DNA of 64,000 nt from an uncultured delta proteobacterium (GTDB taxonomy: Bacteria > Desulfobacterota > Binatia > HRBIN30 > BPIQ01). The notes beneath the pieces were generated by a model that was not told the DNA's origin, made no database searches, and saw only the letters and a program-made list of their open reading frames with translations. The stretch lies in the NCBI GenBank assembly GCA_963761335.1, contig CAVXGR010000011.1, positions 512,001 through 576,000 on the forward strand, read 5' to 3'. Shown one piece after another: positions 18,001-27,800 of this stretch. The position numbers were made by a program, and so were the translations under genes. Position 1 is the first letter of the stretch. Every line of letters begins with the position of its first letter.

Positions 18001-20635
18001 CTTCTTCTCCCGTCTTCTCCGCCAGCCAGCGGTTCAACCCGCGCGCCGCCCGGCGGCGGAACTCCTCGTTGAGATCGAAGCGCTCGAGCGCCTGCTTGAG
18101 GGCGCGCTTGGCGGTCGGCACCGGGTGGGCGCGGAAGAAGGCGGTCACCTCTTTCTTGTAGGCGCGTGTCTTCAGCGCCGGAGTGGAGTCCACGACCCGC
18201 GACACCATCATCGGCGGCAGGCGTTTGGAGATGTCCTTCCAGCGCCGCACGACGAACTGCCACGTCTGCTCGCGGGCGTTGCGATTGGCGAACAGGCGCA
18301 TGAGCAGAATGCCGACGTCCTGGGTGGCAACCGCGTCGGTGAGCGCCAGGGCGAGCGTGCGGCGCACCAGCGCCGGGCGGCGGAACTCGGCGAGCGCCAG
18401 CTGGAAGCGGCGGCGCTCCTGGGGCGTGCGAGCGGCGCGGGCGAGATCCTGAAAGCGCGTGTAGAGCGCCTCGTCGCCATGGCGGGCGGTGATGTTGACC
18501 AGCGAGTCGGCGAGGTTCGGCTCGATCGCGGTGCGCTCGCGGGCGTACTCCTCGAAGTGGGCGCGCGCCTCGGCCGCGACTCCGGGATCCTCGGCGATCT
18601 CGCCGACGATGCGCAGCAGCGCCGCGCGGCGCAGCCGGCGATCGTCGGACTCGCCGGCGGCGGCGCTCCAGCCGAGCTCGCTCCACGCCGGAGAGAACGC
18701 CGAGCCGACCCAGCGGTGAAAGCGCCGCCGGCCGCCGCCCTCGTCCTCGAGGAGCTGATCCTCGGTGAAGCCGAGCGGCGCCATGAGCGAGCCGAGGACG
18801 TCGAAGTCGGTTTCGCCGCGCAGCGCATCGGCGAGCGAGAGAAAGCTCTCGATCTTGCCGTGACCGGCGCGCAGCGCCGCCCACTGATGGCCGATGAGGC
18901 CCATGCGCTCGACGGGCGTCAGCACCTCGGAGAGCGAGGCGGCGAGTGCCGCGAGCGTCTCCTCGTCGTGGAGCGGCCGGTAGAAGCCGCCCTCGGCGGC
19001 GTTGGCGTAGTACCAGGGAATCTTTCCGGCGCCGAGATCGAGCCGATCGCGGGAACGCGTCATCAGGTGGCGCAGCAGCTGCGGGGCGCGGCGTCCGGGA
19101 ACCTTGACGACCAGCGGGATCGGCCACGTCTGCGGCGTCGCCTTCGCCTTGCTGCTCGCGAAGAAGCGCTGCTGGCGCATGGCGAGCGCGGTGCGCCCGC
19201 CGCGCGAAGTGCGGCTCACCTCCAGCAGCGGAAACCCCGGCTGCTCGATCCAGTCGCGCACGATGCGCGTCACCTTCTGCCGCGACGCTTCCTCGAGTGC
19301 CCGCCACAGATCGGCGGCCTCGGCGTTGCCCTCGCGGTGGCGGCGAATGTACTTGCGCACGCCATTGCGAAAGGCATTTGCCCCCAGGTAGTTCTCCACC
19401 ATGCGCACCACCGAGGCACCCTTCTCGTAGGTGATGGCGTCGAAGTTCTCGGTGGCCTGCGCGGGGTTGTCAACCTCCGCATAAATCGGGTGCGTGTTGT
19501 TGAGGGCGTCGAGAGCGAGCGCGGCGGCGCGGTGATGTTCGAAATTGTTCCACATGCGCCATTCTGGGTGCCACTCGTCGATCACGCGAAAAGCCATCCA
19601 GGTGGCGAACGCCTCGTTGAGCCAGAGATCGTTCCACCACTTCATGGTCACCAGGTCGCCGTACCACATGTGCGCCAGCTCATGCGCAATCACCTCGGCG
19701 ACGCGCTTGCGCTCGGGCAGCGTGATGGTGGCCGGATCGACGAGCAGCAGGGTCTCGCGAAAGAACACCGCCCCGGCATTCTCCATGGCACCTGCTTCGA
19801 AGTCCGGCACCGCGACCAGGTCGAGCTTCTCGTACGGATACGGCAGGCCGAAGTATTTCTCCAGACGCGACAGCGACTCGGCCGCGGCCTCGAGGGCGAA
19901 ATCGGCGAGATCGCCTTTCCCGGGGACGAACCAGACCCGCACTGGCGTGCGCCCGACGCGCTTCTCGGCGGAGCACTCCAGCTGACCGACGGCGAGAGCG
20001 CAGAGATACGTGGAGAGCGGCGGCGTCGACTTGAAGTGAACCGTCTTGCGGCCGTCGCCGTGCTCCTCGAGGCGCTCGATCGGGCTGTTCGAGACGACCG
20101 CATGCGCGGCGCTGGTGGTGACCGAGAAGACGAAGCGCGCCTTGAAGCTGGGCTCGTCGAAGCACGGGAAGAAGCGCCGGGCGTCGGCGGCCTCGAGCTG
20201 GGTGAAGCCGTAGCGCCGCCCATCGCTCTCGGCGCCGTAGAAGCCCCGCAGGCTGGTCTGCAAGCGGCCGCTGAACTCGAGCGTCAGGCGCGACTTGCCA
20301 GGCGGAATTGCCTGCGGGAAGCGCAGCTCGACGGTCTCGCGCGCCGGGTGCAGGGCGACCTCGGCCGTCTGCGCGGCGCGGCCGGCAGTCGCGCCGGCGG
20401 CGGTGATCTGCATGTCGGCGGCGTGCAGCTCGATGCGCTCCGCCGCCTTCGAGAGGGTCAGCTCGATGTCGACGCGGCCGCGATAGGTGCCGGCGTCCAG
20501 ATCCGGCTCGATATGCACCCGGTAGCGTGCCGGTCGAATCTGCTCGGCGAGGCGAAAACGCTCATCGCTCGGGCGGGCCGCAGGTGCGGTTCTCTTGCGG
20601 GCGGGCTTTGACTTGCGTGCGCGGCTCTTTGGCAA
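17987..20635 (-). CDS. pepN: M1 family aminopeptidase with ERAP1-like C-terminal domain
   Basis: GAMEN and HELAH-x18-E motifs, ARRFFPCFDEP, YEKGASV; TTG start at 20635 with GGAGGAG RBS. Confidence 0.93.
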   Translation of the reverse strand: MPKSRARKSKPARKRTAPAARPSDERFRLAEQIRPARYRVHIEPDLDAGTYRGRVDIELTLSKAAERIELHAADMQITAAGATAGRAAQTAEVALHPARETVELRFPQAIPPGKSRLTLEFSGRLQTSLRGFYGAESDGRRYGFTQLEAADARRFFPCFDEPSFKARFVFSVTTSAAHAVVSNSPIERLEEHGDGRKTVHFKSTPPLSTYLCALAVGQLECSAEKRVGRTPVRVWFVPGKGDLADFALEAAAESLSRLEKYFGLPYPYEKLDLVAVPDFEAGAMENAGAVFFRETLLLVDPATITLPERKRVAEVIAHELAHMWYGDLVTMKWWNDLWLNEAFATWMAFRVIDEWHPEWRMWNNFEHHRAAALALDALNNTHPIYAEVDNPAQATENFDAITYEKGASVVRMVENYLGANAFRNGVRKYIRRHREGNAEAADLWRALEEASRQKVTRIVRDWIEQPGFPLLEVSRTSRGGRTALAMRQQRFFASSKAKATPQTWPIPLVVKVPGRRAPQLLRHLMTRSRDRLDLGAGKIPWYYANAAEGGFYRPLHDEETLAALAASLSEVLTPVERMGLIGHQWAALRAGHGKIESFLSLADALRGETDFDVLGSLMAPLGFTEDQLLEDEGGGRRRFHRWVGSAFSPAWSELGWSAAAGESDDRRLRRAALLRIVGEIAEDPGVAAEARAHFEEYARERTAIEPNLADSLVNITARHGDEALYTRFQDLARAARTPQERRRFQLALAEFRRPALVRRTLALALTDAVATQDVGILLMRLFANRNAREQTWQFVVRRWKDISKRLPPMMVSRVVDSTPALKTRAYKKEVTAFFRAHPVPTAKRALKQALERFDLNEEFRRRAARGLNRWLAEKTGEEEKRM

Positions 20636-20653
20636 GGCGACTCCTCCGTTCGG

Positions 20654-20833
20654 CAGTGTCCCAGTTTGCCGGTCCGACTCTGCAACTATCTCCCGCCCGC
20701 CTCGCGCAAGGGTCTCCTCTCCCCGCATTCTTTTCGCGGGGAGAGGATCAAGGTGAGGGGCTTCTTCCTCACTGAAAGTTCACGATTTCCCCTCACCCTG
20801 ACCCTCTCCCGCCAAAGAGGGCGGGAGAGGGGA
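20654..20833. repeat. Repeat family B copy with tail
   Basis: Highly similar to 45389-45575. Confidence 0.88.
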
Positions 20834-20868
20834 CCTGTTGCCGGACCGGGAAACATTCACGAAAGCAC

Positions 20869-20949
20869 GAAGGCGGGGAGCCTTGCTGGCTACCCCGCCT
20901 TCTGCGTCTGATCCGATTCGCGGCGGGCGGTGAGACGCCCCCGCGAATC
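20869..20949 (-). terminator. Two GC-rich hairpins downstream of the Thr-Pro protein gene
   Basis: GAAGGCGGGG..CCCCGCCTTC and GATTCGCGG..CCGCGAATC; weak U tract. Confidence 0.45.
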
Positions 20950-20962
20950 GCTGTCGATTCGC

Positions 20963-22641
20963 TTACGGCCGCATCGAGCGCGCCGCCCGCGTCAGGGCCC
21001 AGAGCATCGCCAGGGCGAGGAACAGGATCATCAGCAGGCCGGCCGGCGAGGTCGGCGAGGCGACCACCGGAATCGGCGGGCGCGTCCGCGTCGGCGACGG
21101 CGTGAAGGTCTCCGTCGGCGTCACCGTCGGCGTCTCCGTCGGCGTCAAGGTCGGCGTCTGGGTCGGCGTCGTCGTCGGCGTGTTCGTCGGTGTGCGCGTC
21201 GGCGTCTCCGTCGGCGTGTTCGTCGGCGTCGTCCGTCGGCGTGTTGGTCGGCGTCTCCGTCGGCGTATTCGTCGGCGTATTCGTCGGCGTCACCGTCGGC
21301 GTGTTGGTCGGGGTGTTCGTCGGCGTGCTGGTCGGCGTCTCCGTCGGCGTATTCGTCGGCGTTTCCGTCGGCGTATTCGTCGGCGTTTCCGTCGGCGTGC
21401 TGGTCGGCGTCTCCGTCGGCGTGGCGGTCGGCGTGTTGGTCGGCGTGCTCGTCGGCGTCTCCGTCGGCGTCTCCGTCGGCGTGGCGGTCGGCGTGTTCGT
21501 CGGCGTTTCCGTCGGCGTGCTCGGTCGGCGTGTTCGTCCGTCGGCGTGTTCGGTCGGCGTGCTCGTCGGCGTGCTCGTCGGCGTCTCCGTCGGCGTGTTC
21601 GTCGGCGTATTGCCGTCGGCGTGGCCGTCGGTGTCTCGGTCGGCGTGTCCGTCGGCGTGCTCGTCGGCGTCTCGGTCGGCGTCTCCGTCGGCGTGCTGGT
21701 CGGCGTCGGCGTCAGCGTGAAGAAGATCTGGTTCTGCTGCGCCCCCTCAGTGGTCGTCTGCATCAGGCTGCCGTCTGCCGTGAACCCAGCCGCTGCAAAT
21801 CCAACGCTATTCGATCCGTCCTGCGTGGCCGTGAAGACGATGATCTGGCAGGTGGAGGTGCTGGAGCAGTTTCCCTGGAGGAGGAAGCCGTCCGGGCGGG
21901 CCGGCTGCGAGGTCGGATTGCCGACCCGGGTTCCGGAGGTGTCGTCGAAGGTGATCGACTGATTGGTCACCTCTCCCGTATTCGGATCGGAGAAGGTGTT
22001 GCCCACTCCACCGACCGGAAAGGCCATGGTGTTGCCGCTACAGGTCACCGGGTTGCCGAACATGGTGATGGTGCGGCGTGGTGCTCACGTCGACGGCGGC
22101 CGGAACGGCGCTGGGATTCGTGGCAGAATTGGGATCGGCCATGGACACCGGTACCAGATCCTCGGTCGAGAAGGCGGCGTTGGTGCTCACCGTCCGCGTG
22201 CCGGGGCCGGGCAGGGTGAAGACGCCGGAGCCGCCGGCGCCGGCCGGATTGAAGTTGGTGGAGCAGGAGACGGTGTTGGTGTTGAAGCCGGAGAGCACGG
22301 TTGTACGCATCCGGTTGGGCAGGAGCACGTTTGGGCCGGCGGAGAAAGCCGTCAGCACCGTGCCCGACGGACCGATCTCGGAGAGGCTGCACGTAGTGCC
22401 GGAATTCAGGGCAACGCTGGTCACCATCGTGCCGATCGAGCCCGGACCCGGTGGTGAGGATCATGTAGACGGTGTTGTTGTTGGACACGCAGCGCTCGAC
22501 GGTGAGCGCCCAGACCGAGGAGCTCACCAGAAGAGCGCAGCTGCCGATCGCGAGGGCGGCGATCCGGATCAATGAGGGTGCCGACTTTCGAGCCGGTGCT
22601 GCCGGGCAGGCTGCCCGGGCTTGGTCCACTCTCACACGCAT
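20963..22641 (-). CDS. Secreted Thr-Pro-repeat surface protein with C-terminal sorting signal (paralog A); frameshifted as sequenced
   Basis: Signal peptide to ALTVERCVS; reading continues across small insertions near 22440, 22075 and in the 12-nt repeats; ends [39 protein letters not shown]. Confidence 0.8.
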
Positions 22642-22704
22642 CTCTCCACCACCTTTCCTAACTGCTGGTGCAAGCTCGCTTCTCGGCCCTGTTGCAGACG
22701 ACAC

Positions 22705-24025
22705 TCAGCTCTTCGCTCCGAAGCGCGTAGCCCGGGACAGACCCCAGATCATCGCGGCAATCAGTCCCAGGATCATCAGGAGACCGGCCGGGGACGTCGG
22801 CGAGGAGACCACCGGAATCGGCGGCCGCGTGTTCGTCGGCGAAGCCGTCGGCGTGCGCGTCGGAGTGACCGTGGGGGTGATCGTCGGCGTCAGCGTCGGC
22901 GTGATCGTCGGCGTCTCTGTCGGCGTGATCGTCGGCGTCAGCGTCGGCGTGATCGTCGGCGTCTCCGTCGGCGTCAGTGTCGGGGTAATCGTCGGCGTCT
23001 CGGTCGGCGTGATCGTCGGCGTCTCCGTCGGCGTGATCGTCGGCGTCTCCGTCGGCGTCTGCCGTCGGCGTGATCGTCGGCGTCTCCGTCGGCGTCACCG
23101 TGTTGAAGATCTGATTCTGCTGCGCCCCCTCCGTGGTGTTCTGCATGAAGCTGCCGTCCGCCGTGAAGCCCGCGGCGGAGGTGCCAAAGCTGTTGGCGCC
23201 GTCCATGGTGGCGATGAATACGATCGTCTGGCAGGTGGCGGGGTTCGAGCAGTTGCCCTGCAGCAGGAAGCCGTCCGGGCGGCTCGGCTGCGAGGTCGGA
23301 TTGCCGATGCGGGTTCCGGAGGTGTCGTCGAGGGTGACCGACTGGTTGGCCACCTCACCGGTATTCGGATCCGAGAAGGTCGTACCCGACCCGCCGATCG
23401 GGAAAACCATGGCATTTCCGCTGCAGACAACGGGGTTGCCAGATTCCGTGATCGTGCGCGAGGTGAGAATATCCACCGCGGGTGGGACAGCGCTAGGATC
23501 GGTCGCGAAATTGGTGTCGCCCGTGGTCACCGGAACCAACGGCTCGGTGGTCGTGTTCGGGTCGGCGCTGACAATCTGAGTCCCACCTGGGAGCGTCAGG
23601 GCACCCTTTCCTCCAGCCGCGGTAGCATTGAAGTTCGTCGAGCAGGAGATCGTGTTGTCAGGCAGTCCCGAGATCACCTGGGTGCGCACCCGGTTCGGGA
23701 GGAGCGGCCCCGGACCGGCGGCAAAGGCCGTCAGCACCGTACCTGCTGGACCGATCTCCGAGAGGCTGCAGGGGCTACCGGCATTGAAGCCGACGCTGGT
23801 CACCATGGTGCCGATGTTGCCCGAGCCCGTGGTGATGATCATGTAGGCGTGGTTGTCCTGCGAAACGCAGCGCTCGACGGTGAGGGCGCTGGCGATGCCG
23901 CTCAAGCCGAGCGTCGCGGCGACGACGACGGCAGCGGCTCGGGAGAACAGGTGACTGTGCCCGCGAATCTTGCCAACGAGCGACTCAGCCTCGTACTGCG
24001 CGTATCGATTCATCTCTGCTCCCAC
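22705..24025 (-). CDS. Secreted Thr-Pro-repeat surface protein with C-terminal sorting signal (paralog B); one frameshift near 23061
   Basis: GTG start with AAGGAGG RBS; N-terminal domain highly similar to paralog A; ends [40 protein letters not shown]. Confidence 0.82.
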
Positions 24026-24121
24026 GAGCCCCTCCTTAACTCATCTTGTCCGCCACATGTTTGTGATCGCGGGCGGCAAACGACCGGCGTGTACCTATCG
24101 GAGAGGAGGCTCGCTGTCAAG

Positions 24122-24158
24122 TGAAAAGAAGCGGGGTCCCGCCGGCTTCCGCCCCGCT
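24122..24158 (-). terminator. Intrinsic terminator-like hairpin
   Basis: AGCGGGG..CCCCGCT followed by TCTTTT on the minus strand, just upstream of a TTGACA hexamer (24120-24115). Confidence 0.45.
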
Positions 24159-24855
24159 CAACGCCTGCAAAACCGCCGATCTACAAGCCGAATTGCGTTG
24201 CGGCGCCTCCGCGGGGGGTCGTCCAGGCACGCCGCCTCGAGATAACGATGTTTTGCGACCCCGCGGGACTCCCCCAGAGCCGTTCGGGCGCGGGTTCCCT
24301 CTCCCGCACTACTCGCGGGAGAGGGGTCAGGGTGAGGGCCACCGAGCTCCCTGGGCTGGGCAGCTCCCATCGGCTGCAGCCGATGGTCCGGCTTCGCCGG
24401 TCAATCTCGTTCCCCTCATCCTGACCTTCTCCCGTCCGGGAGAAGGAACCCATGGCCGCAGCGTCCTGACTTTACCCCTCTTGCGCGGGCGCGAGATCAC
24501 CTCGCGATGGAGCAGGCAATCTCGCGGGGTATCACACCCCTTCCGCCCGCGACATGTTGGCGGAGATCCCTGGCACGGCAAGTGGAATACCATCCGCCAG
24601 ACGACCTGCCGATTGGGGAAGCCCGCCATCGAAAGAGGCTTCCAGCAAATAATTATACTGGACAGACCGCATGTTACTTTGGTATAGCCGCGCCGCCGCG
24701 CAAGCCTTCAGTGGGGAGCGTTGCGCGGCGGTTTGCATCCGGCGACAGATCGCGTCACGGCATTCCCGGCCAAGGCGTCGAACTTTTGCCGGGGCGTATT
24801 CGCTGGGGCCGGCGGAGTGAACGATAAAGTGGCTGGCACGGCGGATGTAACCGGG

Positions 24856-27800
24856 ATGGGCATGAGGTATCGAGCAAAGCAGAATCCCACGCGAAGAAAA
24901 TCCTTCGTCCCCGTTCTCTGGACCCTTCCGCTGCTGCTGGCACTGGCCGGCACCAGTCTCGCCTCGGGCATCATCGACACAATGGTCGGAGGCTCGAACG
25001 GCGACGGCTACCCCGCAGACGTTGCGACCTCCAATCCGAAGGGCCTCGCGCTCGACCCCAGCGGCAACCTCTTCTTCGCCGACACCTTCGACAATCGCGT
25101 TCGCCGGGTGGATGAGCGGACGAACATCATTACCAGCGTCGCCGGCATCGGCCTCTTCGGCTACTCGGGCGACGGGGGACCAGGAACCGAGGCCAAGCTC
25201 GGATACCCGACCGGCGTTGCCAGCGACTCGCAGGGCAACATCTACTTCGCCGACCAGCTGAACCATCGGGTGCGCCGCATCGACCACTTCACCGGCATCA
25301 TCATCACCGTCGCCGGCAACGGCTCGTCCGGCTACGGCGGCGACGGCGGCCTCGCCACCAGCGCCAAGCTGAACTACCCGAGCGGCGTGTCCATCGCCGC
25401 CGACGGCAGCCTGCTGATCGCCGACAGCAGCAACAACAGGATCCGGCGGGTGGCGGCCGGCATCATCACCACCGTCGCCGGCACGGGAGTCAGCGGCTAC
25501 GATGCGTCCTCCGAGGGCGCCCCCGCCAATCAGTCCAGAGTGAGCAATCCCACCGACGTGGTCGCCGACTCGCAAGGCGGCTACTACATCGCCGATCGCG
25601 GCAACTGCCGCATCCGCTACGTCGACGGTCTCAGCGCCAACGCCAGGATCTTCACCATCGCCGGCATCTCGACCTGCGGCTTCTCGGGCGACGGCGGACC
25701 GGCGATCGAGGCCAAGCTCAACGGCCCGCAGTACCTGTCGCTGTATGCCGATCACTTCCTCTACGTCGCCGAGCTGATCACGCCGCGGGTTCGCCGCATC
25801 GATCTCTCCACCGGCATCATCAGCAGCTACGCCGGCGTCGGCTTCCCGGGCTACGACGGCGACGGCGGCCCGGCGACGCAGGCGCACATCGACGGGCCGG
25901 CCGGCCTCGCCAACGACGCCGCCGGCGGCCTCTACATCGGCGAGTCCTCCGGCGGCCGCGTCCGCTACGTCGATCCCTCCGGGGTGATCAGCACGGTGGT
26001 GGGCGGCGGCAACGGCGACGGGCTGCCGGCAGACGTCGCCAAGGTCGAGCCGCAGCGCATGACCTTCGACCGCGACGGCAACCTGCTGATCAGCGACCGC
26101 GGCACCAACAGCGTGCGCCGCATCGACGCGCTGACCAACGTCACCTCGACGCTGGCGGGATCAGGCGTGTACGGGTACTCCGGCGACGGCGGCCTCGCCA
26201 CCGCCGCGAAGCTCGCCTACCCGACCGGCCTCGCCGCCGACAACGACGGCAACGTCTACGTGGTCGACCAGCTCAACCAGCGCGTCCGCCGCATCGACCG
26301 CAACGGCGTGATCACCACCTTCGCCGGCAACGGCTCGAGCGGCTACGGGGGCGACGGCGGCCCGGCCACCTCGGCGAGGCTCAACTACCCGCAAGGTGCG
26401 ACCCTGGCGCCGGACGGCAGCCTGGTGATCGCCGACTCCAGCAACCAGCGCGTGCGCCGCGTCAGCCCACAGGGCATCATCACCACCATCGCCGGCAACG
26501 GCCTGCTCGGCTACAGCGGCGACGGCGTCGCCGCCACCAGCACCCGCCTCAGCAACCCCACCGACGTGGCCTACGACGACGCCGGCAACCTCTACATCGC
26601 CGATCGCAACAACTGCCGCGTGCGCCTGGTCGACGTCAACGGCATCATCAGCACCATCGCCGGCAGCGGCGGCTGCGCCTTCGGCGGCGACGGCGGCCCG
26701 GCCACGCAAGCCTATCTCAACGGACCGCTGGTCCTCGCCTGGGACCCGCGCGGCGCCCTCTACATCGCCGAGGAGTTCATGCCGCGGGTGCGCCAGGTCG
26801 ACCTCGGCTCCGGAATCATCACCACCTACGCCGGCACCGGTGTGCCCGGCTACAGCGGCGACGGCGGCCCCGCCAACCAGGCGCAGTTGAAGCGCACCAG
26901 CGGCGTGCTCGTCGACGCCGGCTTGCGCCTGCTCTACATCGCCGACTCCGACGCCCAGAACATCCGCAGCGTCGAGCTCGACAGCAGCAATCCGCCGGCG
27001 GCGACGGCAACGCCGACGCCGATCCCGTGGACACCGACGGCGCCGCCTACGCCGACGTCGACTCCGCTGCCGTCGACGCCAACACCGACACCGATCCCGT
27101 CGACGCCGACGGCACCGGCGACCGCCAGCCCGACGCGCACCGCGACGGTGACCCGGACGCCCACCCGCACCGGGACACCGACGCAAACGCCGACGGTGAC
27201 CCGGACGCCGACCTCGACCAACACTCCTTTCCTGACCTTCACGGCGACGCGGACGCTGACGCCAACCCGCACGGGAACGGCGACCCTCACGGCGACGCTG
27301 TCGCCGACACCGACCAGGACGGCGATTCCGCCGACCGCTACTCACACCGCGGTGCCGCCGACGGCGACCAGAACCCTCACCCCGACGCCGGCGTGGACAG
27401 CCACCCCGGCGGTCAACCTGGCGCTCGGCCAGGCAGCGGCACAGTCGAGCGTGCTGGACGGCGCCGTGCCCTCGCGGGCCGTTGACGGCAACACCAACGG
27501 CAACTGGAGCGGCGGCTCGGTCACCCACACCAACCTCAACCAGGATCCGTGGTGGCAAGTGGATCTCGGCGTCGTCGACTCGATCGCCAGCGTCGACGTG
27601 TGGAACCGCACCGACTGCTGCGGCGACCGGCTCAAGGGATTCTACGTGCTCGTCTCCGACGTCCCCTTCACCTCGACGGGGCTGGCCTCGACCCTGAGCC
27701 AGTCCGGTGTGTCGAGCTACTTCGTCGCCGGACAGGCCGGTAGCCCCACCAACGTCCCCGTGAACCGCTCCGGCCGCTACCTGCGCGTGCAGATCAGCGG

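Noticed and set aside
16736..18072. Repeat-protein ORFs in several frames
   Set aside because: Translations of a non-coding array; 132/133-bp units break the frame; no RBS
17720..20611. 963-aa plus-strand ORF
   Set aside because: Antisense shadow of pepN; typical of high-GC DNA, no motifs
20636..20728. N-terminal extension of pepN (and the similar extension of the selenoprotein at 45346-45465)
   Set aside because: The ATG comes from a family B repeat; downstream starts have RBS support
24060..24645. c-di-GMP or other riboswitch
   Set aside because: Hairpins are present but I could not match any riboswitch consensus
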